Shown here: one piece after another, positions 37,785 to 49,231 of the stretch
Position numbering within the stretch: position 1 is the stretch's first letter
Layout of the letters: each line of letters starts with the position of its first letter
Source of the DNA: Mangrovicoccus sp.
GTDB lineage: Bacteria; Pseudomonadota; Alphaproteobacteria; Rhodobacterales; Rhodobacteraceae
Direction: 5' to 3'
NCBI GenBank assembly: GCA_025800345.1
Contig: JAOXSB010000073.1
Location: 21,467-85,466 of the forward strand
DNA length: 64,000 nucleotides
Program-made: the position numbers and the translations under genes
The notes under the pieces: generated by a model
Told to the model about the DNA's origin: nothing
The model's input: only the letters and a program-made list of their open reading frames with translations
Databases searched by the model: none

Positions 37785-38801
37785 TTACCGGAACGGCGGT
37801 GCGTAAAGCAGGCCACCATCGGTCCATTGGGCGTTCAGGCCCCGTGCCAGACCAATCGGAGTGGTCTCGCCGATGTATTTTTCAAAGATCTCGCCATAGT
37901 TACCATTGGCTTTGATCGCCGATGCGGCCCAATCCGCCGACAGGCCCAGCATCTCGCCCAGGGTGCCTTCGGAGCCCAGCAGACGGTTGATTTCTGGATT
38001 GTCGGTACCAGCAGCCAGCTCATCGATATTGGCCGAGGTGATGTCGAGCTCTTCAGCGGCGATCAGAGCGTTCAGGCTCCAGCGCACCACATCGCCCCAT
38101 TCGTCATCGCCGTGACGCACCAGCGGGCCCAGAGGCTCTTTGGAGATGATCTCAGGCAGAATCACATGGGCGGAGGGATCTTCAAAGGCGGCGCGGGTTG
38201 CAGCCAGACCAGAAGCATCGGTGGTGTAGACGTCACAAGCGCCGGCCAGATATTGCTGCTGGGCTTCCGAGGCTGTGGTGATCGGCACCGGCTCATAGCT
38301 GATATTGTTGACGCGGAAGTAATCGGCGAGGTTCAGCTCGGTGGTGGTCCCTTGCTGGATGCAGACGGTGGCGCCATCCAGTTCTTTGGCCGAGGAAACC
38401 CCCAGCTCGGTGGGCACCATAAAGCCCTGACCATCGTAGTAGTTCACGCCCAGGAAATCGAGCTTGAGATCCACATCGCGCGAGAAGGTCCAGGTGGTGT
38501 TCCGGGACAGCATGTCGATCTCACCAGAGTTCAGCACCTCGAAACGCACTTTGTTGGTGACCGGCGTGAATTCAACCGCCTTAGGATCGCCAAAGACCGC
38601 TGCGGCCACCGCTTGGCACACAGCCACGTCGAACCCTTGCCACTCGCCATTGGCATCTTGCGATGCAAAGCCAACGAGACCCGTGGAGATCCCACAGTTC
38701 AGCTTACCGCGTTCCTTGACGTCTTCCAGGGTGCCTGCGCCTGCCGCACCAGCGACCAGACCTGCGGCAGCGACCGCGCCAAGCAAAAGCGAATTTTTCA
38801 T
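37785..38801 (-). CDS. aapJ: Amino acid ABC transporter periplasmic binding protein
   Basis: Signal peptide, 338 aa, family-3 SBP features. First gene of the aap operon. Confidence 0.85.
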   Translation of the reverse strand: MKNSLLLGAVAAAGLVAGAAGAGTLEDVKERGKLNCGISTGLVGFASQDANGEWQGFDVAVCQAVAAAVFGDPKAVEFTPVTNKVRFEVLNSGEIDMLSRNTTWTFSRDVDLKLDFLGVNYYDGQGFMVPTELGVSSAKELDGATVCIQQGTTTELNLADYFRVNNISYEPVPITTASEAQQQYLAGACDVYTTDASGLAATRAAFEDPSAHVILPEIISKEPLGPLVRHGDDEWGDVVRWSLNALIAAEELDITSANIDELAAGTDNPEINRLLGSEGTLGEMLGLSADWAASAIKANGNYGEIFEKYIGETTPIGLARGLNAQWTDGGLLYAPPFR

Positions 38802-39034
38802 GATTACCTCACCTTGATGAGTTGCATTTTTCGGCAGACTTGCCCCGGCTCAAAGGTTTTGGGGCATCTCTCTTTCCGGTACCGACTAACTAACTGGTGA
38901 CCCCTCACCGCGGTGAATTTGGGCAGCAGGAATCGCATTGGTCAAGGTTAGTTATACGGAAAACTGCAGATCAGACCTACAAAATTGCCAAGAACATAGT
39001 CATGCGCTTAAATTCAAAGCGCTGAAAAAACGCA

Positions 39035-39745
39035 TTATTCCGCAAGTTTTTCCACGACCGCGACCGCATGGAAAAATTCTTCCCGTTTCCGCGCGATGAT
39101 GTGGGCCGCATCCTCATCTTCGCCCCAATGTTCTTGCTGCCAAATCTCATCCAGGCGCGAGCGCTCCCATAATGTGTCGGCCGGCAAAAATTTGTCCAAA
39201 ACAGCAAAACCGATGATCAAGGATCCCGACAGCGCGACCAGATCGTGAAACGCCGCCATGCGGAAGGCATCCAAATCATGCACCTTTTGCGCCAGGATTT
39301 TCAGGCTGCTTTCGGGCTGAGCCACATGGATCAACCCGGCCCCAATTTCCAATGGCGCGCCAAACTCGCCTGCGGCCCAATCTAGCAGCGGATCCCAAGC
39401 CGCCGCTTGGCGCGCCACCAGCTCTGCCGGGCTCTCGGCGCGATAACACAGCAGATCGCTTTCCCCATAAGCAGCGATCATCTCAGCAATCTGAGAATGG
39501 TTCTTGGCCACATTGTCGATGGCTGAATTCACCGTGCGGGTGAATGGCATGGAAAGCGGGTCGATCTTTTCCTCTTGGGCGCGCCATTCCGCAGCCACAG
39601 CTTCGGCCAATGGGCGGCTGGGCAGGATCATCTGGGCTTTGGCCGGTGTGCGCAGCGCTCGGCCATCCAAAGCAATGCCATAGCCTTCGGGCGCTGTGGT
39701 GACCTCGGCCTTTGTCCAAAACCGGCGGGGGATCCATTCGCTCAT
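39035..39745 (-). CDS. ATP12 family F1-ATPase assembly chaperone
   Basis: RFWTKAEV...GYGIALDGRALRTPAK...LPSRPLAEAVAAEW is typical of alphaproteobacterial ATP12. ATG 39745 forms an ATGA overlap with the upstream stop. Confidence 0.75.
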   Translation of the reverse strand: MSEWIPRRFWTKAEVTTAPEGYGIALDGRALRTPAKAQMILPSRPLAEAVAAEWRAQEEKIDPLSMPFTRTVNSAIDNVAKNHSQIAEMIAAYGESDLLCYRAESPAELVARQAAAWDPLLDWAAGEFGAPLEIGAGLIHVAQPESSLKILAQKVHDLDAFRMAAFHDLVALSGSLIIGFAVLDKFLPADTLWERSRLDEIWQQEHWGEDEDAAHIIARKREEFFHAVAVVEKLAE

Positions 39746-40428
39746 GCGCTCAACTCCAACAGCTCTAGCAGCGCCGGGATCATCGCAGGCACTTCGGTGA
39801 CATAGGCATGGGGCGCACAGGCTTCGAGCGCCGCGCGCGGGTGATAGCCCCAATCCACCGCCAAGGTCAGGCACCCCGCCGCATGGCCCATTTCCATGTC
39901 AAAGCTGGTATCCCCGATCATCACCGCATTTGCCGCTTCGACCCCGGTGTCCGACAAGGCCGCATGGATCATCGCCGGGTGGGGTTTGGAAGGATGAAAA
40001 TCCGCCACTTGCTCGGACACAAACCGCCCGGTCAGCCCATGGGCTTCCAGCAGGAAATCAAGCCCCCGCCGGGATTTACCCGTGGCCAGAGCCACCAGCA
40101 GATCATCGCGCGCCAATAGGGTCTCAAGCGCCGCGCTGATGCCCGGGAAAAGCGGCGAGGAGGCCGCCGCATCCGCTGCGCGCATGGTGGTGTAGCTGCT
40201 TTTGTACCCCTCCACGAGCCGCGCCACCGCCTCAGCACTGAGCTCAGGGGCCAGGCGGGCAATCGCCTCGGGCAGGGAAAGCCCAACAATCGCGCGCACC
40301 GCGTCACGCTCGGGCAGCGCCAGGCCCTGCCCCGCAAAGGCGGCGCACATCGCCTCATAAATATGGCCCTGGCTGTCCACCAAAGTGCCATCCACGTCGA
40401 AAATCACCAGCTTTGGCAGGGCACTCAT
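39742..40428 (-). CDS. HAD-superfamily hydrolase (phosphoglycolate phosphatase-like)
   Basis: DVDGTLVDS motif I and a C-terminal GDTSFD motif. Confidence 0.8.
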   Translation of the reverse strand: MSALPKLVIFDVDGTLVDSQGHIYEAMCAAFAGQGLALPERDAVRAIVGLSLPEAIARLAPELSAEAVARLVEGYKSSYTTMRAADAAASSPLFPGISAALETLLARDDLLVALATGKSRRGLDFLLEAHGLTGRFVSEQVADFHPSKPHPAMIHAALSDTGVEAANAVMIGDTSFDMEMGHAAGCLTLAVDWGYHPRAALEACAPHAYVTEVPAMIPALLELLELSA

Positions 40429-41471
40429 TGTACATCCTCAAACGGGTCATCGGGCACATCCGAAGCGTGCCAATCGAACTCTTGCCAAGTGCGCGCCATG
40501 TGATCGGGCAGCGGCGCGGTCAGCGATAGAATCGCGCCGGTGATCGGATGGGTCAGGCGCAAGGAGCGTGCGTGCAAATGCAGCTTGCGCGACAGCTCGC
40601 CGCCCAATTGCGCGCCCCAACCATCGCCCAGGTTTTCCTGGCCCGAGCCGCCATATTTGCCATCGCCAATGATCGGATGGCCCAACTCGGCCATATGGGC
40701 GCGCAGCTGATGGGTGCGCCCGGTGATCGGCACCAGAGCCGCCCAAGACACCCGTTTGCCCAAGGAAGACATCACCGCGTAATCGGTGGTTGCCCGCTTT
40801 GCCCCTGGCGTTCTGGCCACCGCATCAGGGTGCATGCAATGCATTTTCTCGCCGCCAGAGCCGCTCCCGCCTGCCTTAACCAACCCATAGCGCACAGTGC
40901 CCATGGGCGGATGCGGCACACCGGCCAGGGCCGCCCAATAGATCTTGCGGGTCTCGCGGGCGCGAAAAGCCGTGGTCAGGGCCGAGGCCACTCGGCCCGT
41001 GCGCGCCATGATCAACACGCCCGAAGTGTCCTTATCCAGACGATGTACCAGGCGCGGCGCATCCTCGCGTTCAAAACACAGCGCCTCGGCCAGTCCCGCC
41101 ACATGGCGATCCCCTTGCCCCGAGCCGCCCTGGCTGGGCAGGCCCGGCGGTTTGTTCAGCGCCAGGATATGTTCATCGCGATAGATCACCGCCCGGCGGA
41201 TCATCTCTGCATCTGCCTCTGACGGCCCGCGGCGCGTGGGCATCGGCGCCCGGCGCTGATCGCTGGCCTGCAGCGGGGGCACCCGCACAATCTGGCCGGG
41301 GCTCACACGGCTATTGGCTTTGACCCGGCCCCCATCGACGCGGATCTCGCCTTTGCGGCACATTTTCTCGATCCGCCCCTGGCTCACATGGGGAAATTGT
41401 TTGCGAAACCACCGGTCAAGCCGCTGATCGGCCTCATCGGCACCGATTGTGATCATCTGAACGCCGCTCAT
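40425..41471 (-). CDS. RluA-family 23S rRNA pseudouridine synthase with S4 domain
   Basis: S4-like N-terminus, catalytic HRLDKDTSGVLIMAR, TGRTHQLRAH motif. Confidence 0.85.
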   Translation of the reverse strand: MSGVQMITIGADEADQRLDRWFRKQFPHVSQGRIEKMCRKGEIRVDGGRVKANSRVSPGQIVRVPPLQASDQRRAPMPTRRGPSEADAEMIRRAVIYRDEHILALNKPPGLPSQGGSGQGDRHVAGLAEALCFEREDAPRLVHRLDKDTSGVLIMARTGRVASALTTAFRARETRKIYWAALAGVPHPPMGTVRYGLVKAGGSGSGGEKMHCMHPDAVARTPGAKRATTDYAVMSSLGKRVSWAALVPITGRTHQLRAHMAELGHPIIGDGKYGGSGQENLGDGWGAQLGGELSRKLHLHARSLRLTHPITGAILSLTAPLPDHMARTWQEFDWHASDVPDDPFEDVQ

Positions 41472-41576
41472 GACAGGGCCTGCGCAGGGATAATGCCAGG
41501 CGCCGCGGCGCAGGTGAGGCGGAATATATGGGGGGTGATCATCATGGGCGTGGTCTTTCGCGGGTGGGCGGGCTTG

Positions 41577-42914
41577 TCAACCATCCTGGCGACGGGCGCG
41601 CAGCTTGGCGAAATAGGCCACACGTTTGCCTAGCTCGCGCTCATGGCCGCGCTCCACCGGATGATAAAATTGCGGGCGCTCCATGGCCTCGGGGAAATAA
41701 TTCTGCCCGGAAAACCCATCTTCGGCATCATGATCATAGGCATAGCCCGCGCCATAGCCTTGATCCTTCATCAAGCCTGTGGGCGCGTTCAGGATATGTT
41801 TCGGTGGCATCAGCGAGCCGGTTTTGCGCGCCGCGACCCGCGCCGCTTTATAGGCCACATAGCCCGCATTGGATTTCGGAGCCAGCGCCAGATAAATCAC
41901 CGCCTGCGCCAGCGCCAGTTCGCCTTCGGGGCTGCCTAGGCGTTCATAGCTGGCCCAAGCATCCAGGCAGTGCCGCTGCGCGTCAGGATCGGCCAGGCCG
42001 ATATCCTCCACCGCCATGCGCGTAAGCCGCCGCGCCAGATAGCGCGGATCCTCGCCCCCTTCGAGCATGCGCGCGAACCAATAAAGCGCCCCATCAGGAT
42101 CCGATCCGCGCACGGATTTATGCAAGGCCGAGATCAGGTTGTAATGCCCATCCCCGGATTTGTCATATTGTGCCGCCCGCCGGGAAAGGCGCTGGCCCAG
42201 CCCCTCCACATCCAGCGGCGCGCCGGGCGGGGCCTCGACCAAGATCTCAATCAGGTTCAGCAAGGCGCGCCCATCGCCATCGGCCATGGTGATCAAGCTT
42301 TCGCGGGCCGCATCGGTCAGGGGCAAGGGGGCGCCAAGATGCGCCTCGGCCCGTGCGGTCAGCGCCCCAAGCGCCGCCTCATCCAGCCGTTCCAGCACAA
42401 TCACCTGGGCGCGAGACAACAGCGCGGCGTTGAGCTCAAAGCTTGGGTTTTCCGTGGTGGCCCCCACCAAAACGATGGTGCCATCCTCCATATGGGGCAA
42501 AAACCCGTCCTGCTGGGCTTTGTTAAAGCGGTGGATCTCGTCCACAAACAGCAATGTTCGCCGCCCGGCCTGATGCAGTTTGCGGGCATTCTCAAAGATC
42601 TTTTTCAGATCCGCCACGCCCGAGAAAATCGCTGAAATCGCCACCATCTCAAGCCCCGCCTCCCGGGCCAGCAGCCGGGCAATGGTGGTTTTACCCACCC
42701 CAGGCGGGCCCCAAAGGATCAGCGAGGATAAATGCCCCGAGGCCAGCATGCCGCCCAAAGGGCTGTCAGGGCCAAGCGCTGCATCCTGGCCGATCACCTC
42801 GCCAAGGCTTTGCGGGCGCAGCCGGTCCGCTAACGGGCGATGGCCTCCGGGCTGCTCTAGCTCGGGCGCAGCCGCTTGAGCGGGATCAAATGGTGGATCG
42901 AATAAATCAGCCAT
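41577..42914 (-). CDS. rarA: Replication-associated recombination protein A (AAA+ ATPase)
   Basis: GPPGVGKTT Walker A, VDEIHRFNK, MgsA C-terminal domain. Confidence 0.9.
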   Translation of the reverse strand: MADLFDPPFDPAQAAAPELEQPGGHRPLADRLRPQSLGEVIGQDAALGPDSPLGGMLASGHLSSLILWGPPGVGKTTIARLLAREAGLEMVAISAIFSGVADLKKIFENARKLHQAGRRTLLFVDEIHRFNKAQQDGFLPHMEDGTIVLVGATTENPSFELNAALLSRAQVIVLERLDEAALGALTARAEAHLGAPLPLTDAARESLITMADGDGRALLNLIEILVEAPPGAPLDVEGLGQRLSRRAAQYDKSGDGHYNLISALHKSVRGSDPDGALYWFARMLEGGEDPRYLARRLTRMAVEDIGLADPDAQRHCLDAWASYERLGSPEGELALAQAVIYLALAPKSNAGYVAYKAARVAARKTGSLMPPKHILNAPTGLMKDQGYGAGYAYDHDAEDGFSGQNYFPEAMERPQFYHPVERGHERELGKRVAYFAKLRARRQDG

Positions 42915-42976
42915 GGCCCCTCATACCGGTTTTGCCCCGAGCGTGCCCGCGCAAAGATACGCCGCCCCAAAAATGC

Positions 42977-42999
42977 AAAAACCCCGCCAGAAGCGGGGC
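42977..42999 (-). terminator. Intrinsic terminator after rplQ
   Basis: On the minus strand: CCCCGC-TTCTG-GCGGGG followed by TTTTT. Confidence 0.6.
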
Positions 43000-43022
43000 T
43001 TTCGTCAAACTGTCAGAGCAGC

Positions 43023-43442
43023 TTATTCTTCGACGGCCTCTTCGGCCTCCAAACGGGCGCGGTCGGCAGCGCCTTTGGCGGCCGGGTCGCGATCCACGAA
43101 TTCGATGATCGCCATGGGCGCCATATCGCCGGTGCGGAAACCAGCTTTCAGCACGCGCACATAGCCGCCGTTACGCTCGGCATAGCGCGGGCCCAGCACT
43201 TCAAACAGCTTGGCCACATGGTCATCTTGCTTCAGGCGCGATGCGGCCTGACGACGGGCATGCAGATCGCCACGCTTGGCCAGGGTCACCAGCTTTTCGG
43301 CCACGCGGCGCAATTCTTTGGCCTTGGGCAGGGTGGTTTTGATCTGTTCATGTTCGATGAGCGAGCCAGCCATGTTGGCGAACAGGGCTTTGCGGTGCTC
43401 ATGAGTACGGTTCAACCGGCGATAGCCGCGAGCGTGACGCAT
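43023..43442 (-). CDS. rplQ: 50S ribosomal protein L17
   Basis: [21 protein letters not shown]... is canonical L17. Confidence 0.95.
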   Translation of the reverse strand: MRHARGYRRLNRTHEHRKALFANMAGSLIEHEQIKTTLPKAKELRRVAEKLVTLAKRGDLHARRQAASRLKQDDHVAKLFEVLGPRYAERNGGYVRVLKAGFRTGDMAPMAIIEFVDRDPAAKGAADRARLEAEEAVEE

Positions 43443-43559
43443 TGTTTTGATCCTTTGCTATGCTTTGTCCGGCCCCGCTGCGTTGGCGGAGCGCTCCTTA
43501 TTGGGGCGGGATTGCCCAGGGTGAGCGCGGCGGCGATCAGACCACCGCTCTCGAATTCA

Positions 43560-44576
43560 TCAGAACTGGTCTTCGAATTTCTTGGCCAGGTCTTCGATAT
43601 TGTCCGGTGGCCAATCTTCGACATCCATGCCCAGATGCAGGCCCATGCCCGAGAGCACTTCTTTGATCTCGTTGAGCGATTTGCGGCCAAAGTTTGGCGT
43701 GCGCAGCATCTCGGCTTCGGTTTTCTGGATCAGATCGCCGATATAAACGATATTGTCGTTCTTCAGGCAGTTGGCCGAACGCACGGACAGTTCCAGCTCG
43801 TCCACTTTCTTGAGCAGAAGCGGGTTGAACTCGAGACCTTCGTCTTCGGCTTCGGCGCGGGCCTGTTCGGGTTCTTCGAAATTCACGAAGATCTGCAACT
43901 GATCCTGAAGGATACGCGCCGCATAGGCCACCGCATCATCCGGGGTCACAGAGCCGTCGGTTTCCAGCTTCAAGGTCAGCTTGTCGTAATCCAGCACCTG
44001 GCCCTCACGGGTGGGCTGAACATCGTAAGAAACCTTTTTCACCGGCGAATAGATCGCATCGATCGGGATCAGGCCAATGGGGCTGTCTTCGGGGCGGTTT
44101 TTATCAGCCGCCACATAGCCTTTGCCAGTGTTCACGGTGAGTTCCATGAAGAGGCTCGCGCCGTCATCCAAATGGCAGATCACGTGATCGGTGTTCAGGA
44201 TCTCGATCCCGGCACTTTCCGAGATATTGCCCGCAGTGACAACGCCCGGGCCTTCGGCCTGGATGGTCACCCGCTTGGGGCCTTCGTTATCCATGCGCAG
44301 CGCCACACCTTTGAGGTTCAGCACGATGTCGGTGACATCTTCACGCACACCAGCAACCGAAGAAAACTCATGCAGCACATTGTCGATTTGCACGCTGGTG
44401 ATCGCCGCCCCTTGGAGCGAGCTCATCAACACTCGGCGCAGGGCATTGCCCATGGTCAAGCCAAAACCGCGCTCAAGCGGCTCTGCCACCACAGTGGCCT
44501 GACGCGCCGGATCATTGCCGGGCTTAACGTCAAGCTGGGTCGGCTTGATGAGTTCCTGCCAGTTTTTCTGGATCAT
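43560..44576 (-). CDS. rpoA: DNA-directed RNA polymerase subunit alpha
   Basis: 338 aa, canonical RpoA NTD and CTD. Confidence 0.95.
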   Translation of the reverse strand: MIQKNWQELIKPTQLDVKPGNDPARQATVVAEPLERGFGLTMGNALRRVLMSSLQGAAITSVQIDNVLHEFSSVAGVREDVTDIVLNLKGVALRMDNEGPKRVTIQAEGPGVVTAGNISESAGIEILNTDHVICHLDDGASLFMELTVNTGKGYVAADKNRPEDSPIGLIPIDAIYSPVKKVSYDVQPTREGQVLDYDKLTLKLETDGSVTPDDAVAYAARILQDQLQIFVNFEEPEQARAEAEDEGLEFNPLLLKKVDELELSVRSANCLKNDNIVYIGDLIQKTEAEMLRTPNFGRKSLNEIKEVLSGMGLHLGMDVEDWPPDNIEDLAKKFEDQF

Positions 44577-44696
44577 GCTGCTTGGCCTCCATGCCCGTCA
44601 CCTACCCATGATCGGGGGAAAGTGACTCCCGAGGAAAAAATGAAAATGCGCCGCCGACCCACGAAACCGCGGATCGACAGACAGAATTTGCAGCTC

Positions 44697-45092
44697 TTAG
44701 ACGCGGCGGCGTTTGGGAGGGCGGCAGCCGTTATGAGCAATCGGGGTCACATCACGGATCGAGGTGATGTTGAAACCGATCGCGGCCAGAGCCCGCAGGG
44801 CGCTCTCACGGCCCGAACCGGGACCTTGCACTTCGACTTCCAGAGTCTTCACCCCATGCTCTTGGGCTTTGCGGCCCGCATCTTCCGCAGCCATCTGAGC
44901 CGCGTAAGGGGTGGATTTCCGGGAGCCTTTGAAGCCCATGGTGCCAGCGGACGACCAAGAGATCGCATTGCCTTGCACGTCGGAGATCAGAATTTTGGTG
45001 TTGTTGAACGAGCTGTTCACATGCGCCACACCGGCAGCAATGTTCTTACGCTCTTTTTTCTTGCCGCCAGAACGGCGAGGATCGCGTGCCAT
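44697..45092 (-). CDS. rpsK: 30S ribosomal protein S11
   Basis: Canonical S11 sequence and position. Confidence 0.95.
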   Translation of the reverse strand: MARDPRRSGGKKKERKNIAAGVAHVNSSFNNTKILISDVQGNAISWSSAGTMGFKGSRKSTPYAAQMAAEDAGRKAQEHGVKTLEVEVQGPGSGRESALRALAAIGFNITSIRDVTPIAHNGCRPPKRRRV

Positions 45093-45107
45093 TAACTCTG
45101 CCCTTCC

Positions 45108-45476
45108 TTACTTCTTCTTGCCGGCAATCGGCTTGGCCGGGCCCTTACGGGTACGGGCGTTGGTATGGGTACGCTGACCGCGCACAGGCAGGTTGCGGCG
45201 ATGGCGCAGACCGCGATAGCAGCCCAGATCCATCAGACGCTTGATGTTCATCTGAACTTCGCGGCGCAGATCGCCTTCGACGGTCAGAGTGGCATCGATA
45301 TGTTCACGGATTTGCAGAACTTCTGCGTCAGAGAGTTCATTGACCCGGCGGGTATTGTCGATTCCCACAGCTTCGCAAATGCTGGCTGCGGTGGTCGGGC
45401 CAATCCCGTGGATATAAGTGAGCGCGATAGGGACGCGCTTATGCGTCGGAATGTTGACGCCGGCGATACGTGCCAC
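45108..45476 (-). CDS. rpsM: 30S ribosomal protein S13
   Basis: [15 protein letters not shown]... is canonical S13. Confidence 0.95.
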   Translation of the reverse strand: MARIAGVNIPTHKRVPIALTYIHGIGPTTAASICEAVGIDNTRRVNELSDAEVLQIREHIDATLTVEGDLRREVQMNIKRLMDLGCYRGLRHRRNLPVRGQRTHTNARTRKGPAKPIAGKKK

Positions 45477-45701
45477 GTGGCTTTTCCTTTTCGTTGCGGT
45501 TCCGTAGCCCCAGAACCTTTTTTCACAACAAAGCCCACGGCGGGCGCCGGGGCTGCGTTAGGCTAGATTTCTGTCGATTGGGGAAGCACCCGCAAACGAC
45601 CCGATTCTCATCGGGAAGTTGCGGGATAATGTTTCATTGCCAAACCGTCAAGAGCCCGAACGGGCTCTGTCAAGGCTTTTTAAACCCACAGCTTGCGGGT
45701 C

Positions 45702-46277
45702 TTAGGCGCTCACCGCCAAAGCGGCAGCGATTGCCGTGGTCACCGCATCCATTTCCTGGGCGCCATCCACGGTCTTTAGTTTGCCAGTGCCTTTGTAATA
45801 TTCGACCAAAGGCGCGGTGTCTTTATGGTAATTCACCAGACGCTTTTTTAAGGTCTCGGCATTGTCATCGGCGCGGGTGCCGCCGGTTTCTGCCGCGCGC
45901 TTTTCGATCCGCCCGATCAGCAGCTCGTCCGGCACTTGCATCTCCACCACCGCATCCAGGCTCATGCCCTTCTCCGCCAGCAGATTGTCCAGCGCTTCGG
46001 CCTGGGCCGTGGTGCGCGGAAAGCCATCAAAGATCACGCCGGCTTTGGTGTCCGGCTGATCAAGACGCTCAGAGACGACGCCGATCACGATCTCATCAGA
46101 GACCAGATCGCCCGCCTCCATGACGGCTTTGGCTTTCAGGCCCACTTCGCTACCCGCTTTCACCGCAGCACGCAGCATGTCGCCCGTAGAAAGCTGCACC
46201 ATTCCGTGGCTTTCGATCAGGCGGGCCGCCTGGGTGCCTTTGCCCGCGCCGGGCGGTCCAAGCAGAATAATGTTCAT
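45702..46277 (-). CDS. adk: Adenylate kinase (short, lid without zinc site)
   Basis: MNIILLGPPGAGKGTQA P-loop. Position after secY. Confidence 0.95.
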   Translation of the reverse strand: MNIILLGPPGAGKGTQAARLIESHGMVQLSTGDMLRAAVKAGSEVGLKAKAVMEAGDLVSDEIVIGVVSERLDQPDTKAGVIFDGFPRTTAQAEALDNLLAEKGMSLDAVVEMQVPDELLIGRIEKRAAETGGTRADDNAETLKKRLVNYHKDTAPLVEYYKGTGKLKTVDGAQEMDAVTTAIAAALAVSA

Positions 46278-47629
46278 CGTCTTGCTGTCCCCTTTTTGCC
46301 CCGCTTCTTGCCCCTGAGCTGCGATTTCTCGATCAGCCCCTCATATTGGTGCGCGAGGAGATGTGACTGCACCTGTTGGATGGTATCCATGGTGACCGAC
46401 ACGACAATAAGGACAGATGTGCCGCCGAAATAGAACGGAATGGCCAATTGCGACCTCATGACCTCGGGTAACAAACAGACCAAAGTCAGATAGCCCGCCC
46501 CGATCACCAGCACCCGGCGCACCACGTAATCCAGGTAATCCTGGGTCCGCTTGCCAGGGCGAATGCCCGGGATAAAGCCGTTCTGGTTCTTGAGGTTATC
46601 GGCCACATCGTCGGTCTTGAAGGCGACGTTTTCCGTGTAGAAATAGGTGAAGAAGACGATCATCACCGCAAAGAACAACAGGTAAAGCGGCTGGCCTGGC
46701 CCGAAATAGGCCAAAATCGTCGACATCACTGGCCCGGTCTGGCTGCCCGAAAATGCAGCAAGCGTCGTGGGCAGCAGCAGCAGCGAGGAGGCAAAGATCG
46801 CCGGGATCACTCCTGCGGGGTTCACTTTGATGGGCAAATGGCTCTGACCACCATCATAGACCTTCATCCCCACCTGGCGGCGCGGATATTGGATCGTGAT
46901 CTTGCGCAAGGCGCGCTCCATAAAGACCACGAAGGCGATGGTGATCACCACCATCAAGAGCACTCCGAGGATCACGGCGGGGCTGATGGCGCCAGAGCGG
47001 CCTTGGCTAAAGAACTGCGCCAGAGCAGCGGGAACCTCTGCGATGATCCCCACAAAGATGATCAGCGAAATGCCGTTGCCGATGCCCCGCTGGGTGATTT
47101 GCTCGCCCAGCCACATCAAGAACATGGTGCCGCCCACCAGGGTGATCACGCAGGCCGCGCGGAAGAACCAGCCCGGATCGGTGACCAAACCACCAGATTC
47201 AAGGCTGACCGCCAGGCCATAGGCCTGGAACGTAGCCAAAAACACCGTGCCATAGCGGGTGTATTGATTGAGCTTTTTGCGCCCTTGCTCGCCCTCTTTC
47301 TTGAGCTGCATGAGCGGACCCCACATGGCCCCCAATAGCTGCACGATGATCGAGGCCGAAATATAGGGCATGATGCCCAGGGCAAAGATCCCCATCCGCG
47401 AGATCGCGCCGCCGGTGAACATGTTCAGAATGCCGCCGATCCCGGCCGCTGCCTGTTCCATGAAGGCACGCAATTCACCGCCATCAATGCCAGGGACGGG
47501 AATATACGTCCCCAGGCGATAGACGATCAAAAGCCCAATAGTGAATACAATCCGCTGCCGCAGTTCGGTGGCCTTGCCAAAGGCCCCCCAACTCATATTG
47601 GCGGCCATCTGTTCCGCTGCCGATGCCAT
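46274..47629 (-). CDS. secY: Preprotein translocase subunit SecY
   Basis: Canonical 10-TM SecY. ATG 47629 has an AGAGGA RBS; the track start is 47647. Confidence 0.95.
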   Translation of the reverse strand: MASAAEQMAANMSWGAFGKATELRQRIVFTIGLLIVYRLGTYIPVPGIDGGELRAFMEQAAAGIGGILNMFTGGAISRMGIFALGIMPYISASIIVQLLGAMWGPLMQLKKEGEQGRKKLNQYTRYGTVFLATFQAYGLAVSLESGGLVTDPGWFFRAACVITLVGGTMFLMWLGEQITQRGIGNGISLIIFVGIIAEVPAALAQFFSQGRSGAISPAVILGVLLMVVITIAFVVFMERALRKITIQYPRRQVGMKVYDGGQSHLPIKVNPAGVIPAIFASSLLLLPTTLAAFSGSQTGPVMSTILAYFGPGQPLYLLFFAVMIVFFTYFYTENVAFKTDDVADNLKNQNGFIPGIRPGKRTQDYLDYVVRRVLVIGAGYLTLVCLLPEVMRSQLAIPFYFGGTSVLIVVSVTMDTIQQVQSHLLAHQYEGLIEKSQLRGKKRGKKGTARR

Positions 47630-47729
47630 GCGCATCCTCTTTCGCAAAGGCGCCGCCGGGCGGGATCCCGACCGGCGGCGCTGGAAAACCTAAGGTGATG
47701 TAAGCGGAGCTGTCTCCGCCCACAAGCGG

Positions 47730-48215
47730 TTAGGCGGTCGCGTCGGCCGGTTCTGCCGCTTTCGTGACCGTCAGGCTGCCGCCCGCTTTGGCCACCGCGT
47801 CCACAGCCGCTTGGCTGGCGCCGGTGACAGTCAGCGTCAAAGCGCTGGTCACTTCGCCTTTTGCCAGGATCCGCACACCGTCAAGCTTACGGCGCACCAG
47901 ACCAGAGGCCACCAGGGCGTCCTCATCGATGGGCTGCGCAGCATCCAGCTTACCCGCTTCAACGAATTTCTGGATCAGGCCCAGATTGACCACTGCAAAT
48001 TTCTTGCGGTTCGGCTTGTTAAAGCCGCGCTTGGGCAGGCGCTGATAGAGCGGCATCTGGCCGCCTTCATAGCCATTGATGGCCACACCCGAACGGGATT
48101 TCTGACCTTTGATCCCGCGGCCACCCATTTTACCGGTGCCCGAACCAGGGCCACGGCCAACGCGCTTGCGCTTCTTGGTCGCGCCGGGATTGTCCCGAAG
48201 TTCATTCAATTTCAT
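47730..48215 (-). CDS. rplO: 50S ribosomal protein L15
   Basis: [22 protein letters not shown]... is canonical L15. Confidence 0.95.
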   Translation of the reverse strand: MKLNELRDNPGATKKRKRVGRGPGSGTGKMGGRGIKGQKSRSGVAINGYEGGQMPLYQRLPKRGFNKPNRKKFAVVNLGLIQKFVEAGKLDAAQPIDEDALVASGLVRRKLDGVRILAKGEVTSALTLTVTGASQAAVDAVAKAGGSLTVTKAAEPADATA

Positions 48216-48373
48216 GTCGCTTCTCCTTCATGCCGGACGCGCCCCGCCAGCGACGGGAATGGGGCGGCCTCGGCTTTGCGTCTCTCCCCAAGATCGGGGA
48301 AGCCCGGCCTTTAGCCCAAGCACGCCCATCGCGCAAGCCTGCAACGCGCCGGGAAGTGGTCTGAAAGAAGGGG

Positions 48374-49153
48374 TTAATCGCCCGCTATTGCTGCCGCATC
48401 TAGAAAGACCCGCACTGCGGCCTCGAATTCGCGGGGCTTTTCCGCATGGAGCCAATGCCCTGCCCCGGGAATTTTCACGAAACGGGCTTTGGGGAAATGA
48501 GCGCGGATCTCGGGGCGATGTTCTGGGCGCACATAATCCGAGGCTCCGCCAGATAGAAACAGCGTCGGCCCTTCAAACACGCCTTGCAGCGGCACAAAGC
48601 CCACGATCTGATCCATATCTCGGGCCAAGACCTGCAGATTAAGCCGCCAGCGCCGGGCGGCCACATCCAGACTTTGCAGCAAAAAGGCGCGAATCGCGGG
48701 CTCGGGCACTGTTTCCGCCAGGCGGGTATCGGCCTCTTTGCGGGTGGTGATGCCGTTCAGATCCAGATCAGCCATAGCCCGGGCATATTGGATCTGGGAA
48801 TGGGTATAGGCCACTGGCGCGATATCGGCCACGATCAGCCGCGCCACCATTTCAGGCTGCCCAGCCGCCAGAACCATGGCCGCTTTGCCCCCCATGGAAT
48901 GGCCCAGGACATCTGCCCGCCCGCCATGGGCGGCGATCACCTCTGCCAAATCTTGCGCCATCTCCGGATAGCTATGGCTGTCGGTCCAGGCGCTGGCCCC
49001 GTGATTGCGCATATCCACCGCGATCACTTGGCGCGTATCGGACAACCGTTTGGCAATCACCCCCCAATTGCGCGCAGAGCCATAAAGCCCATGCACGATC
49101 AGCAAGGGCAGCTGGCCCGGACGGGCCTCTCCATGAAGCGTGGTGGCGAGCAT
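48374..49153 (-). CDS. Alpha/beta hydrolase fold protein
   Basis: Nucleophile elbow GHSMGG, 259 aa. Confidence 0.8.
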   Translation of the reverse strand: MLATTLHGEARPGQLPLLIVHGLYGSARNWGVIAKRLSDTRQVIAVDMRNHGASAWTDSHSYPEMAQDLAEVIAAHGGRADVLGHSMGGKAAMVLAAGQPEMVARLIVADIAPVAYTHSQIQYARAMADLDLNGITTRKEADTRLAETVPEPAIRAFLLQSLDVAARRWRLNLQVLARDMDQIVGFVPLQGVFEGPTLFLSGGASDYVRPEHRPEIRAHFPKARFVKIPGAGHWLHAEKPREFEAAVRVFLDAAAIAGD

Positions 49154-49231
49154 GAGATCTCCTTAGCCCTCAGGCGGGATGGCTGTTCATAAATCCTATC
49201 CCTTTTCCGCGCCCCATGGCAGAACGCCGCC

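Noticed and set aside
43218-45095. 625-aa plus-strand ORF spanning rplQ-rpoA-rpsK in antisense
   Set aside because: It crosses three well-defined genes and their intergenic regions and has no domain signal. It is an artefact of the absence of stop codons on the GC-rich antisense strand.
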